A stretch of 62,969 nucleotides of DNA, filler included. It is 8 parts of 8 records of this genome, joined end to end, with 100 filler letters (N's around TTAATTAATTAA, not from the genome) between each part and the next. Parts side by side here need not be neighbours in the genome. Positions count along the whole stretch, not along the records: positions 14,610 to 22,182 come from SRR31156797_8025; positions 22,283 to 30,793 come from SRR31156797_8032; 6 more parts are not named here. The stretch is one strand, 5' to 3'. Position 1 is the stretch's first letter. The number at the start of each line of letters is the position of its first letter. Of this stretch, positions 17,701-28,269 are shown piece by piece. The position numbers and the translations under genes are program-made. The notes under the pieces were generated by a model that was not told the DNA's origin, searched no databases, and saw only the letters and a program-made list of their open reading frames with translations.

Positions 17701-19728
17701 AATGGTATTTTAATTGGAGATTTATTTCATAGTGCATGTGCGGCAACAGGTATAAGTGAAAGTATGTTTTTAAGAGGCTGTAAGTTCTCAGAATTGAATA
17801 AACAGTTGGATGTTTTTATAAAAGAGTTATCAAAACGTGGAGGTAGTGAACAACTAGCTATTATTGTAGGTATTAAACAAGCACTAAAAAATATTCAAGG
17901 GAAAACCTATAGTTTAGATACCTTTAGTGATGAGAGTTTTGATGAGAATAAATATATTAAAAAACTTGATAATTTTAGCTCTTTACATTTTGCGCATATA
18001 TTTTATATTAATAAAATAATTACACTTTATTTTCATGAAAAATATGAATTATCTTTAAAATATATTGAGATAAGTAAACAATATTTAAATGATTCAAAAG
18101 GTACTGTTCATTCTACTGAACACTATTTTTATGAATCATTAATTTACTCTAAACTTTTAGATACTGTTGGATTTAAAGATAAAATTTTGTTTATTAATAA
18201 AATCAAAAAAAACACAAAAATGTTTGAAGAATATGCAAAACTTTGCCCTGAGAATTTTGTTGTAAGAAAATATATTTTAAATGCAATAGTTGCAAAAGTA
18301 AAAAATGACTATATTTTAGCTCAAAAATATTTTTTTAAAGCATTAGAGATAGCAAAAGTGTATTCTCAACTAAATTTAAAAACAATTGCATCAAAAAATT
18401 TATTTGAGATTTATACATATTTAGAGCAAACTAGATTTGCAAATATTTATAAAAATGAATATATAAAAAATATAAGAGAGTGGAGTGGTTTTACTAATAA
18501 TTTAAAAGAAAATGAAAGAATTGAAAATATAAGTCTGGATATATATACTTTAATTAAATCAAGCGAAATTATTTTTAAGGAAAAAGAACTTTCTTCTCTT
18601 CTAAAAAGTCTTATTAAAATTTTACTTGAAAGTTCTGGTGCCCAAAATGCAATAATCATATTAGAAGAAGATTTTGAATACAAAGTTGAAGCTTTTGCTT
18701 GTAATAATGATTTATCTTCAATTAAGGTATTAGTTAATAAAGAGTACAAAAAATTTGAATATCTTCTTCATGATATTGTTAAATATGTTATTAGAACAAA
18801 AGAGCAAATTGTAATAAATGATTTGGAAAAAGAACCACTTTTTTTTACAGAAAAAGAAAATAGAAAAGTTAAATCAGTACTCTCTTTTCCTTTAATATTA
18901 CAAGATAATTTAAAGGGTGTAATTTATCTAGAAAACAATCTTATATCTGGGGTTTTTACCGAAGAAAAAATTGAACTGCTTAAACATATTAGTACACAAA
19001 TTGCAATCTCCATTGAGAATGCGAAAATATATAAAAATCTAGAAGAAAAAGTACAGAATAGAACAAAAGATTTAGATAATAAAAATGAAGTATTACAGAA
19101 GCAAAATAGACTTTTACAAGAGCAAAATAAGAAAATACTTAATTTAAACACAAGTATTATTGAAGAAAATGAAAAGAGGAAAATTGTAGAATTAAAACTG
19201 CAAAAAGCAGTTAAAGAATTAGATCTTTTAGCAACAACAGATTCTTTAACAAAATTAAAAAATAGAAGAGTTTTTGATAAGGTTTTGGAAGAAGAGTGTA
19301 TGAGAGTTTCAAGAAATAACGATACTTTGTCATTAATAATGTGCGATATTGATTATTTTAAAAGATATAATGATTTTTATGGTCATGTACAAGGGGATGA
19401 GTGCTTGAAGTTCGTTTCAGAAATATTAGAAAGCAATATAAAAAGAACAACTGATGTGATTGCTAGATATGGAGGAGAAGAGTTTTCTATTATTATGCCA
19501 AATACAAAAAAAGAAGAAGCAATAACTTTAGCTAATAATATTATAAAAAGCTTTGCAAAAGAGCAAAAGCTGCATGAAAAATCAGATATTGCAAATCATA
19601 TAACTATTAGTATGGGAGTTGCAAGTTCAAATGAAATTGAAATTTTAACACCAAAAAATCTAATAAGAGCTGCTGATAATAAACTTTATGAAGCAAAAGA
19701 GAATGGAAGAAACCAAGTAAAATATTAA
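14749..19728 (+). CDS. Multidomain (pseudo)Ser/Thr kinase - AAA ATPase - helical repeats - GAF - GGDEF diguanylate cyclase
   Basis: APEQT and DIYSLG kinase motifs; Walker A GKSGTGKT; LDDMQW; GAF GVIYLEN; DIDYFK...RTTD-ARYGGEEF. Confidence 0.9.
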   Translation: MFEEKKLEYLDFTYNNFNIYTASDKNKNKYIVKTTKDLYSNRDDILLLENEYNILKKLTNKRLLLPLDIEKYDNRIYLYFEYFDGFSLRHFFNNINSTQLLKFLSISIKIIEVLNYIHKNRIIHNFINCNSILINKDFSEIRLVNFEYSFYLNNSDIKPFINNGIYTAPEQTDRIDLNPNEKTDIYSLGVLFYELIIGQDNYSEMFKDISTYDIVAKELPKLSSIKNDFPELISNIIHKMIVKNPDDRYDSLLSLLIDLKKAFNQLTKSKQIDNFPLDTLKKDFLTGNKNLFFGRDEEITSFLINFSNDKDTNQLYVISGKSGTGKTTFIKKGIEYYKNSFNLIEVKFDNYKQYIPYKTLFNSFRTLCKEILIKDKSELLHWKSKLLVSIGEEIQVLFDFIPELKTIVGEQDSIEVLNLVDSKNRFNNILIKFLQLFATKKNPLIIFLDDMQWSDNITLEWLDSFIQRVSYVKVVLTYRDNEVDKNSLLLKKIKSIKKSAVRVFEYHIKELTKVNIENLITTNIELNNSSLFSTLVYKKTGGNAFFVIQFLKDLLYEKVLYFDEEKLTWNYDVERLNKVNAKSSIIEFLEKRISILSDNEILLLQIASCVGNLFSYKILKNITKLDDDFDNTLKMCLDNEWISKSGLVDNKYFQFSHDRIQQVFYSSINEKTLISFHKLIGDFYYKDFKSRNEENLLLCVNHYNKAKKHFIENSKTKTLGKLNHKASLLARKNGDFELSDSYINKLFEFYNGIETDINYGEYLKDYAVCKHLIYNQTKAIEFYYKALDNCNDDLKKAYIYEQLIKLYSDFSDFESAYKIGKKALSLFDIFIPSGFNPILFVKEFLELKIKLSGKNTEDLLKLKEAEDERVIIAIKLLSCVLKAAYQIKPQLCVLVAMKVVKACIKYGDTKDAVIGFMVFGIIFQGAVLGNHKLGYDYAMLSLNMIKKYKNSILEPEVKFVSGYFGLSWINPTSITEKNWNESYKNGILIGDLFHSACAATGISESMFLRGCKFSELNKQLDVFIKELSKRGGSEQLAIIVGIKQALKNIQGKTYSLDTFSDESFDENKYIKKLDNFSSLHFAHIFYINKIITLYFHEKYELSLKYIEISKQYLNDSKGTVHSTEHYFYESLIYSKLLDTVGFKDKILFINKIKKNTKMFEEYAKLCPENFVVRKYILNAIVAKVKNDYILAQKYFFKALEIAKVYSQLNLKTIASKNLFEIYTYLEQTRFANIYKNEYIKNIREWSGFTNNLKENERIENISLDIYTLIKSSEIIFKEKELSSLLKSLIKILLESSGAQNAIIILEEDFEYKVEAFACNNDLSSIKVLVNKEYKKFEYLLHDIVKYVIRTKEQIVINDLEKEPLFFTEKENRKVKSVLSFPLILQDNLKGVIYLENNLISGVFTEEKIELLKHISTQIAISIENAKIYKNLEEKVQNRTKDLDNKNEVLQKQNRLLQEQNKKILNLNTSIIEENEKRKIVELKLQKAVKELDLLATTDSLTKLKNRRVFDKVLEEECMRVSRNNDTLSLIMCDIDYFKRYNDFYGHVQGDECLKFVSEILESNIKRTTDVIARYGGEEFSIIMPNTKKEEAITLANNIIKSFAKEQKLHEKSDIANHITISMGVASSNEIEILTPKNLIRAADNKLYEAKENGRNQVKY

Positions 19729-19761
19729 GAGAAGTAAAAAAGATTAAAAGAGTTAAGAGAA

Positions 19762-20274
19762 TTAATCTCTTTGCTCTTTTATCTCGATAGATTCGATGAT
19801 ATCACCTTGTCTGATACTATCTAGAACTTCAAAACCACTTTCGTCATCTTGTTCTATTCCACCAAATACAGTGTGATGTCCATCTAAGTGAGGACAATCA
19901 ACAAAACAAATAAAAAATTGGCTTCCACCTGTGTCTGGACCAGCATGAGCCATAGATAAACTTCCTCTATAGTGTACTTGTTTATCAGCTCTAGTTTCAC
20001 AAGGAATAGCCCACTCTGGACCACCTGCACCAGTTCCATCTGGACAACCGCCTTGTGCCATAAATCCTGGAATAACTCTATGGAAGTTTAATCCATTGTA
20101 AAACTCTTGATTTGCTAATGTTGCGAAGTTTGAAACTGTGTTAGGTGTTTCTTCATAAAAAAGTTTTAACCAAATAACACCTTTTGAAGTAGTAACTTTT
20201 GCATATTTAAATTTTGCAATCTCTTCTGCAGAGTATTCGTAGTGTTTTAGTTCTTTATTTCCAAAACCAAACAT
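19762..20274 (-). CDS. Cyclophilin-type peptidyl-prolyl isomerase
   Basis: FHRVIPGFMAQGGCP, SMAHAGPDTGGSQFFI and HTVFG. Confidence 0.95.
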   Translation of the reverse strand: MFGFGNKELKHYEYSAEEIAKFKYAKVTTSKGVIWLKLFYEETPNTVSNFATLANQEFYNGLNFHRVIPGFMAQGGCPDGTGAGGPEWAIPCETRADKQVHYRGSLSMAHAGPDTGGSQFFICFVDCPHLDGHHTVFGGIEQDDESGFEVLDSIRQGDIIESIEIKEQRD

Positions 20275-20288
20275 TTATATCCTTTCTT

Positions 20289-22163
20289 TTAATCTTTTTT
20301 TGAAATTATATCGTTTTTTGGCGTTAAGTAGTTTAATCTAACAAGATTTTTTGTAATCTCTTTAAATACTGGTACTGCTGACCATGAAGCATAATGGTAA
20401 TACCAATGTTTACCAGTTGAAACTGGATCCATAACTGTAACACCAATTGTATATGAGTTTTCTCCATCATTTACAAAACCAAAAAATGAAGATATGTATT
20501 CTTTAAGGTATCTTCCACCCCTTGCAATTTGGGCAGTACCTGTTTTACCACCAACTTCTAAACCTTCAATTTTTGCTGCTTTTCCTGTCCCCTCATCAAC
20601 TGTTTTAATAAGAAGTCTTTTTATCTCATCAGCAGTTTTTTTCGAAATTATTCTTTCATCTTTTAGTTTATCTTGCTTGTATTTTGTTCCATCAACATCA
20701 ATGTGTGAAATTATTTGAGGTGTAACACTTATCCCATCATTGTTAAATACACTATAAGCTTTAAGTATTTGCATAAAAGTACCTGTCATACCCTGCCCAT
20801 AAGATACTGTAGCTTTAAAGACATTGTCTTCACCTTTTTTATCATTTGCTGCAAATTGCCAAACTTTTGGCATAACTCCAACTTTTTCATATGGCAAGTC
20901 AATTCCTGTTTTTCTTGTAAATCCAAATCTTTTCATACCCTCAAAAAACTCTGCTCCACTCAATCTTTGTGCAAATTGAAGTGTTCCTATATTTGAAGAA
21001 AAGATCACAATATCATCTAAAGTTAAATAGTGCTTTTTAAACTGGTGGTCATCTTTGATTGTAAATCTACCAAGTTTATATCTTCCTCTTGGATATTCAC
21101 CATCTTTATTCTTTCTTCCTTTATTGTATGCAAATAAAAGCTCATTTTTTTTGATTCTATTTTTATCAAGAACTAAAGCAATAGCAACAGGTTTTATTAC
21201 AGAACCTGGTTCATATTGGTACTCTATTGCATTTACATTTAAAGATGGAATATCTTTTTGGTAAATTTTCTCTGGGTTAAATCTGTTTGATGAAGCAAGA
21301 GATATAATTTCGCCTGTTTTACTATTCATAACAGATACTATAATCTCTTGGGCTTCTAATTTCTTTTTATAAATATCAAGAATCATTTCATTGTTCTTTT
21401 GAAGTTTTAGTGGAATGTTTAGTACTAGGTTCGCTCCATCTCTTCTTTGCTTAATAGTAGAGTTTCTATTAAATGAGATATATGATAATACGTCTCTATT
21501 TCCACTTAGTATTCCATCTTTACTATTATTTAAAAGAGTATTATATTCTTTTTCTAAACCTTTAATACCTTTTACTTTTGTTTTACCTTTTTTATTTTCA
21601 AACTTTGTAATATAGCCAATAACTGGTGTTAATGTTTTTTCATAAGAGTAAACTCTTTTTTCTCCACTTTCAATAATACTTAAGCCTCTAAGTATTTTTG
21701 TGCCTTGGTATTTTATACCTTTAAAAACATTTAATCTTCTTAGTTTGAACCCCAATTCTTTTAAGTTTTTTGCTGTTTTAGAATCAATATTATATGAAAG
21801 TACTAAGTTTCCAGGGTTTTGTAAGGATTCATAAACTTTTTTTTCTATCTTTTGGTAAGGAATATTACTATAGATTGAAAAAAGTTTTATAAACAGTTCT
21901 ATTTTATTTTCATCAAGAAACCTAGAATCTATTGATGCTTTATATATTTTTTTTGATGTAGTAATCTTAAAGTTATCAGAACTTATTATATCTCCACGAA
22001 CTGAAAGTTCTTTTTTTGAAGTCTCTAAAGATGGTAGTCTTCGGGGATCTTCAATAGTGTCGAAAATTGATACAAGTAAGATTATAAGTAAAAAAAGTAT
22101 AAAGAAAAACAAAAACATGATTTTCTTGATTTTGTTATCTTTTTCCTCTAAATTTGAAGACAT
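20289..22163 (-). CDS. ftsI: Class B penicillin-binding protein (FtsI-like)
   Basis: N-terminal TM, RGDI, EPGSVIK (SxxK), SSN and GGKTGTAQ. Confidence 0.88.
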   Translation of the reverse strand: MSSNLEEKDNKIKKIMFLFFFILFLLIILLVSIFDTIEDPRRLPSLETSKKELSVRGDIISSDNFKITTSKKIYKASIDSRFLDENKIELFIKLFSIYSNIPYQKIEKKVYESLQNPGNLVLSYNIDSKTAKNLKELGFKLRRLNVFKGIKYQGTKILRGLSIIESGEKRVYSYEKTLTPVIGYITKFENKKGKTKVKGIKGLEKEYNTLLNNSKDGILSGNRDVLSYISFNRNSTIKQRRDGANLVLNIPLKLQKNNEMILDIYKKKLEAQEIIVSVMNSKTGEIISLASSNRFNPEKIYQKDIPSLNVNAIEYQYEPGSVIKPVAIALVLDKNRIKKNELLFAYNKGRKNKDGEYPRGRYKLGRFTIKDDHQFKKHYLTLDDIVIFSSNIGTLQFAQRLSGAEFFEGMKRFGFTRKTGIDLPYEKVGVMPKVWQFAANDKKGEDNVFKATVSYGQGMTGTFMQILKAYSVFNNDGISVTPQIISHIDVDGTKYKQDKLKDERIISKKTADEIKRLLIKTVDEGTGKAAKIEGLEVGGKTGTAQIARGGRYLKEYISSFFGFVNDGENSYTIGVTVMDPVSTGKHWYYHYASWSAVPVFKEITKNLVRLNYLTPKNDIISKKD

Positions 22164-22410
22164 ATTTATCCATAATATAATANNNNNNNNNNNNNNNNNN
22201 NNNNNNNNNNNNNNNNNNNNNNNNNNTTAATTAATTAANNNNNNNNNNNNNNNNNNNNNNNNNNNNNNNNNNNNNNNNNNNNAAATCTATGATTTTTGTA
22301 ATTTTTCGAGCACCCACGAAAAACAAACAAATTGGAAATTTGTGTTTTTCGGGGCCTGATACCTGGAACTTTCTAACTTGAAACCTGAAACCTTCTCACT
22401 TGAAACAGAG

Positions 22411-24099
22411 TTATCTTGTAAGCTTCTTGTATTTAATTCGTTTTGGGATTATTTCACCACCAAGTCGTTTTCTGAGGTTTTCTTCGTATTCACTATATGT
22501 TCCCTCAAAGAATTTTACCGTTGAATCACCTTCAAAAGCTAATATGTGTGTGCAAATACGATCTAAGAACCAACGGTCGTGGGAAATTACCACTGCACAA
22601 CCCGCAAAGTGCTGAATACCCTCTTCTAGCGCACGCAAAGTATTCACATCGATATCGTTGGTAGGCTCATCGAGTAAAAGAACGTTGGCTTCGGTTTTAA
22701 GTGTCATGGCTAAATGCAACCGGTTACGTTCACCTCCTGAAAGTACAGATACTTTCTTTTGTTGATCCGGTCCGCTAAAGTTAAACCGGCTTGTATATGC
22801 TCTTGCATTTATGAATTGTCCTCCAACCTGTATTTCTTCCTCGCCACCGCTAATAACTTCGTAAACAGTTTTGTTTGGATCTACTGCTTTGTGCTGTTGA
22901 TCAACATAACCAATTTCAACGGTTTCTCCTATTTTAATTTCACCAGATGTAGGTGTTTCTTCACCCAAAATCATTTTAAAAAGTGTGGTTTTACCGGCAC
23001 CATTGGGTCCAATAATTCCAACTATACCTGCTCTGGGTAGCTCGAAATCAAGATTCTCAAAAAGAACTCTTTCATCAAATGCTTTAGCTAATTGATTACC
23101 TTTTATTACTTCATTACCTAGTCTTGGCCCATTTGGAATAGGTATTTCAACTATTTTTTCTTTCTCTTTGATATCTTCCTGAAGCATGGCTTCATAGTTA
23201 TTCAAACGGGCTTTTCCTTTGCTTTGTCGACCTTTGGGACCTCTTCTTACCCATTCTAACTCATTTTGCAGTGCTCTTTGGCGCTTTGATTCCTGTTTTT
23301 CTTCTTGTTGCAACCTGCCCATTTTTTGTTCCAACCATGATGAATAGTTTCCTTTGAATGGAATACCTTCTCCACGGTCCAGCTCTAAAATCCAACCTGC
23401 TACGTTATCAAGGAAATACCGGTCGTGAGTTACGGCAATGACTGTACCTTTGTATTGTTGTAAGTGTTGCTCTAGCCAATGAACCGATTCTGCATCGAGG
23501 TGGTTGGTAGGCTCGTCAAGCAATAAAATATCAGGTTCTTGCAATAGTAAACGGCATAAAGCAACGCGACGTTTCTCACCACCTGAGAGAATATTGATTT
23601 TAGTATCACCTGGAGGCGTGCGCAATGCATCCATTGCAAGTTCTAATTTCGATTCTAAGTCCCATGCTCCAACTTGATCTAACTTTTCCTGTACCTCACC
23701 TTGTCTCTTTATGAGTTTATCCATTTTATCAGGATCGTTCATGACTTCTTCGTCCATAAATCCTGCATTGATATCTTCGTATTCTTTCAATAAATCAACC
23801 GTCTCCTGCACACCTTCTTTCACTATGTCCATTACTGTTTTCTCAGGATCAAGTTCCGGTTCCTGAGGCAGGTAGCCTACTGTATAACCTGGAGCAAAAT
23901 GCACTTCTCCCTGATATTCTTTATCTATACCTGCAATAATTTTTAGAACTGTAGATTTACCGGCACCGTTTAATCCTAAAATACCGATCTTAGCTCCATA
24001 AAAGAATGAAAGGTAAATGTCTTTGATAATCTGCTTTCCCTGAGGTGTTTGCTTACTAACATTTACCATCGAAAAAATGACTTTTTTATCGTCGCTCAT
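22411..24099 (-). CDS. ettA: Energy-dependent translational throttle protein EttA (ABC-F)
   Basis: [12 protein letters not shown], two ABC domains and [17 protein letters not shown]. Confidence 0.95.
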   Translation of the reverse strand: MSDDKKVIFSMVNVSKQTPQGKQIIKDIYLSFFYGAKIGILGLNGAGKSTVLKIIAGIDKEYQGEVHFAPGYTVGYLPQEPELDPEKTVMDIVKEGVQETVDLLKEYEDINAGFMDEEVMNDPDKMDKLIKRQGEVQEKLDQVGAWDLESKLELAMDALRTPPGDTKINILSGGEKRRVALCRLLLQEPDILLLDEPTNHLDAESVHWLEQHLQQYKGTVIAVTHDRYFLDNVAGWILELDRGEGIPFKGNYSSWLEQKMGRLQQEEKQESKRQRALQNELEWVRRGPKGRQSKGKARLNNYEAMLQEDIKEKEKIVEIPIPNGPRLGNEVIKGNQLAKAFDERVLFENLDFELPRAGIVGIIGPNGAGKTTLFKMILGEETPTSGEIKIGETVEIGYVDQQHKAVDPNKTVYEVISGGEEEIQVGGQFINARAYTSRFNFSGPDQQKKVSVLSGGERNRLHLAMTLKTEANVLLLDEPTNDIDVNTLRALEEGIQHFAGCAVVISHDRWFLDRICTHILAFEGDSTVKFFEGTYSEYEENLRKRLGGEIIPKRIKYKKLTR

Positions 24100-24242
24100 A
24101 TGATTTAGTTTAACGTTTTATGCTTTTTATATTTTTGCAAAAATAGTGAATATCGTTTGAACTCACATTAAATATTATATGAATTAAAATCATTGAATTA
24201 GCTTAGAATTAGTTATTTTTAGAATTGAAAATTTCCAGTTAA

Positions 24243-25466
24243 ATGAAATATGTCTTTATTATTACATTTTTGGCAATATTGATCACTTTTGGGTGTTTGC
24301 AAAATGAGCAGAAAAAATTAAATGCCAAGAATGCGAATAATGCAGAAGCAAAACATTTTTTGCTTAAAAAGCCAGAAAATCTGGTATTTTATTTTCCTCA
24401 GGAAAACACCCCTGTAGTTCTTTTTTTTGATGCGCAAGCTGCAGGTTCTCAGTTTATTTCCAGATTTAAAGACTTGTTTACATCATTAAATATTGGTGTG
24501 ATTGCCAGTAACCAATATAGAAATGGGATTTCAAGCGAAAAGGCCAGTCAAATAGTTCAGCAAATGTTGAATTTGGCCAAGCAGCAAAACGCTGATATGT
24601 CTCAAATCTATTTAATGGGTTTTAGTGGAGGAGGTCGATTTGTGCAACAGCTTGGAGGCTCACTACCAAATGTCAAAGCAATCATTACATTCGGTATTGG
24701 CAAAAGAGAACGGAAACCGGGTAAAATCCCAGAAATTAATCTTATTGGTATTGATGATGTTAATTTTTCTGAAGCTTTGATATACCCAATTCATGGGAAT
24801 TATGTTTATCCTGATCTAGTATTTGTGCATGAAGGTGGGCATGAATGGCCCAAAATTGATGTGCTTAAATATGCTTTGAGTTTTAGTACTTCTATTTGTG
24901 ACGTGAATTCAATGAAAAAACCAGAGCAGAAAGATATTTTGGTTCGTAAGTTGAATAAAACGTTACAAAGTTTTGAGATGAAAGGTCTGGAAACTTCACA
25001 AAAGCAATTAAGAGCACTTATTGGAGACCAGATTCAAAAGGAACAAAATTGGTTGAGGCGTTTTCAATCGATTTTACAATCACAGGATTTAGAAGTTTGG
25101 CAGACTATGATCTCAAAACTAGAAAATGAAGAAGCAGATGAACATATTCGTGCACGGGTAAAAGGATATCTGAGTATGGTGAATTACTTGTTGGCTGATC
25201 GTTATGTGATTGGTAGAGAATTTATAAGCGCTGAAGGGCAATTAAGGGTTTATGAGTTAGTAGATTCATCCAATCCTGATATAGATTTGCTTAAGGCTCA
25301 GAATTATGCAAATCAAGGTAAGTTTGGTAAAGCAATAGATCATATTGATTTAGCCATCACAAAAGGATTTGATAACTATCAGAAATTATTATATACTAAA
25401 TTTCCTGACGAACTAATTAAAAGAGAAGATTTTGTTTTAACTTTAAGCAAAATTTATTCTGATTGA
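24243..25466 (+). CDS. Exported alpha/beta-hydrolase with C-terminal TPR-like region
   Basis: GFSGG nucleophile elbow, GGHEW and a TPR-like end. Confidence 0.65.
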   Translation: MKYVFIITFLAILITFGCLQNEQKKLNAKNANNAEAKHFLLKKPENLVFYFPQENTPVVLFFDAQAAGSQFISRFKDLFTSLNIGVIASNQYRNGISSEKASQIVQQMLNLAKQQNADMSQIYLMGFSGGGRFVQQLGGSLPNVKAIITFGIGKRERKPGKIPEINLIGIDDVNFSEALIYPIHGNYVYPDLVFVHEGGHEWPKIDVLKYALSFSTSICDVNSMKKPEQKDILVRKLNKTLQSFEMKGLETSQKQLRALIGDQIQKEQNWLRRFQSILQSQDLEVWQTMISKLENEEADEHIRARVKGYLSMVNYLLADRYVIGREFISAEGQLRVYELVDSSNPDIDLLKAQNYANQGKFGKAIDHIDLAITKGFDNYQKLLYTKFPDELIKREDFVLTLSKIYSD

Positions 25467-25502
25467 TAGAGAAAAAACTCAACTAAATTAACAAAAAACA
25501 TT

Positions 25503-26462
25503 ATGAAGAAATTATTTCTATTGGTGGCAGTAGCTGTATTATTTGCAGCTTGTCAAACAGACAAAAAAGGTGGTGAATCTGCAGATGCCGCCAAAGCTGA
25601 AGGCGCAAAAAAAGAATGTGTTGTAAATTGGGAGACAGATAGCGGTATTCCTGAATTAAAGGAAATGACTGATGAAGCTGTTAAGTTGGAGTATAATTTT
25701 GAGAAAGATTTTTCTACGAGTATGACAATGGATTACAGCATGAATATGGAGATGATGGGGCAAAAAGTTCCAATGACTATGACCATGGAGGCTGATTACA
25801 AGGTTCAGGATATTACTGAAGAAGGTAATGCAGTTTTGGCTACTACTTTCAAACGTTTTGCCATGAACATGGAAGGTCCTCAGCCAATGAAATTTGATTC
25901 TGACGTTGAAGGTGACATGGAAGGTGAAATGGGAACTGTTTTTAAACCAATGATAAACAATCCTATTGAAACTGAAATGACAAAAAGAGGAGAACTTGTT
26001 GATTTCAATATGGATAAAATATTGGAAAACATGGATGAGCAACAAGCTGCCATGGTTCGTCAGCAAATTGAACCAATGTCAAGCCAGTTTGCACAGAATA
26101 CTTTTATTGCGCTTCCTGAGGAGCCTGTGAAAGTTGGAGATGTATATGATGCTGGAAGCATTGATATGGGGTCAGGTCCTATGCAAATGAAAATGGAGAT
26201 GAAGTATAAGGTTCTTGGAATTAGTAAAGATAAAAATGTTGTGATCTTTGAGCCAGAAGGAAGATTTGATTTAAGTATGGCCGGTGGTGAAGAAAATATT
26301 GAAACAAACGAAAATACAATCGGTGGTTGGGTTGTATTCAATATGAAAAATGGAAGCTTGATGCGTTCACATATTGATATGAAAATGGACATCACAGTAG
26401 ACCAAATGGGTCAAAAAATGCCGATGAAAATGCAAATGAGTGTAGATATGAAATCTAAATAG
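25503..26462 (+). CDS. Methionine-rich lipoprotein (DUF6263-like)
   Basis: Lipobox FAAC, LPEEPVKVGD motif and ~38 Met in 319 aa. Confidence 0.7.
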   Translation: MKKLFLLVAVAVLFAACQTDKKGGESADAAKAEGAKKECVVNWETDSGIPELKEMTDEAVKLEYNFEKDFSTSMTMDYSMNMEMMGQKVPMTMTMEADYKVQDITEEGNAVLATTFKRFAMNMEGPQPMKFDSDVEGDMEGEMGTVFKPMINNPIETEMTKRGELVDFNMDKILENMDEQQAAMVRQQIEPMSSQFAQNTFIALPEEPVKVGDVYDAGSIDMGSGPMQMKMEMKYKVLGISKDKNVVIFEPEGRFDLSMAGGEENIETNENTIGGWVVFNMKNGSLMRSHIDMKMDITVDQMGQKMPMKMQMSVDMKSK

Positions 26463-26481
26463 ATTAAAAATATTGAAGTTT

Positions 26482-26519
26482 AAAGTCCTGTAATTCAATT
26501 GCAGGACTTTTCTTTTTTT
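26482..26519 (+). terminator. Rho-independent terminator
   Basis: AAAGTCCTG...CAGGACTTT followed by a T-tract. Confidence 0.75.
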
Positions 26520-26607
26520 ATTGGAAGACAATTGATATTTGGCATTGAAATAAGAATCGCTTTACTTTGCACAAGAAATGGATTTGTATCCATAAAATTT
26601 TTAAGTT

Positions 26608-27597
26608 TTGAATAAAACAATTGGAGTAATAGGCAGTGGAAGTTGGGGTACGGCCCTTGTAAATTTATTTACGCACAACGGTTACCATGTGAATTGGTAT
26701 GTGCAAACACAAGAAATTAGGGAATATATTTACGCTCATGGACATAATCCACATTATTTGTCTTCAGTTTCACTCAACATGGATAAATTGAGGGTAACAA
26801 TTAAAATTGATGATCTTATTGAGGCTTCCAATTTAATTTTACTTGTTGTGCCTTCTGCCTTTTTGCATGGTATATTATCTCAATCTAAAGAGTCATTTAA
26901 GGATAAAATAATAGTTTCAGCTGTAAAAGGAATTATACCTGAAACGAATGATATTATTGCCGATTATTTGCTTAAAGAATTTGAAGTGCCAAGAGAGAAT
27001 TTTGCTATGATTGCCGGACCCAGCCATGCAGAGGAGGTGTCATCAGAAAAATTAACTTATTTAACCGTTGCAAGTGAAAATGTTGAAATAGCAAGGGAAC
27101 TGAAGGAAATTTTGCAAAACCATCACATTAAAGTTTCGATTTCTCATGATATTGTAGGTGCTGAATTTGCTGCTGTGGCAAAAAACGTTTATGCTATTGC
27201 TGCTGGAATTTTCCATGGTTTAGGCTATGGTGATAATTTTCAGGCTGTGTTGGTTTGTAATGCTGCTCGGGAGATGCGTGAGTTTATGAATCAGGTTTGC
27301 CGCGTAAATGCTGATATTACTGAATCTGCTTATATGGGCGATTTACTCGTAACCATGTATTCGCAATACAGTCGTAACCGTATGTTTGGTACCATGATTG
27401 GAAAAGGATACAGTGTGAAATATGCCAGAATGGAGATGATTCAAATTGCAGAAGGTTACTACGGTGCAAAAGGGTTAATGCATTTCATGGAAGTTCTCGG
27501 AATAGATATGCCTATTGCTAAAGCTGTATATCAAGTTTTATACGAAAAAGTATCAGCCTCAAAGACATTTTCAAAATTATCTGAAATCTTTTCTTAA
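26608..27597 (+). CDS. gpsA: NAD(P)H-dependent glycerol-3-phosphate dehydrogenase
   Basis: GSGSWGTAL, GPSHAEEV, KNVYAIA and GDLLVT...SRNR. Confidence 0.95.
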   Translation: MNKTIGVIGSGSWGTALVNLFTHNGYHVNWYVQTQEIREYIYAHGHNPHYLSSVSLNMDKLRVTIKIDDLIEASNLILLVVPSAFLHGILSQSKESFKDKIIVSAVKGIIPETNDIIADYLLKEFEVPRENFAMIAGPSHAEEVSSEKLTYLTVASENVEIARELKEILQNHHIKVSISHDIVGAEFAAVAKNVYAIAAGIFHGLGYGDNFQAVLVCNAAREMREFMNQVCRVNADITESAYMGDLLVTMYSQYSRNRMFGTMIGKGYSVKYARMEMIQIAEGYYGAKGLMHFMEVLGIDMPIAKAVYQVLYEKVSASKTFSKLSEIFS

Positions 27598-27600
27598 GCT

Positions 27601-28095
27601 TTAATTTTTTGTTAAAGGCATATATTCCCATTTTTTGGCTTTGTATGCTTTACCAATTGTCGCAATCAAAATACCGGTGCTAGTTACAATTATACCTCCG
27701 GCAATAACGGGAACGCCAATAATTACGCCAACAATTGCTGCAAGTGCACCTTCAGAAGAAGTAGAGATTATAATTCCTGTACCTCCAATAATTCCAAGTG
27801 TCCCGGTTGCCCCAACTACGGAACCTGTAATAATTCCGGCAATTGATTTGTTTCTGATTTTTTGAATATCCTTAATCTGGATGGTGTCAGATTCAACAAT
27901 GATAGCGTTCTCGGTAGCATTTATTAGTTTTCCTTTTACAACATAACCGGATTTTGTGATAACCTTTATTTTGGTAGAGGTTTGAATGACTTTTTGCTTA
28001 TTTCTATTGATTTTTTTTAAAACAAGGTGATTGTTTTGCCCATAAATAGAAATAGCCAAAATAGTAATCAGCGCAGATAAGATTATTGTTTTCAT
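27601..28095 (-). CDS. Hypothetical exported or membrane protein
   Basis: Signal peptide, Sm-like segment and Gly-rich hydrophobic C-terminus. Confidence 0.65.
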   Translation of the reverse strand: MKTIILSALITILAISIYGQNNHLVLKKINRNKQKVIQTSTKIKVITKSGYVVKGKLINATENAIIVESDTIQIKDIQKIRNKSIAGIITGSVVGATGTLGIIGGTGIIISTSSEGALAAIVGVIIGVPVIAGGIIVTSTGILIATIGKAYKAKKWEYMPLTKN

Positions 28096-28269
28096 AATGC
28101 TTTTTTTGACAATTAAATATACAAATTTTGTGAAAGCAAGAAAAATAAAAGCCTATGTTTTAGGTGGTTGCTTTAGCAATCATATGCACGTCACGTTTTT
28201 TGAATTGAATAGGCTAAAATTATAGTCTCATTCTTTAATATATTTTCCTTTTTGTCTATCTTCGTTTGC

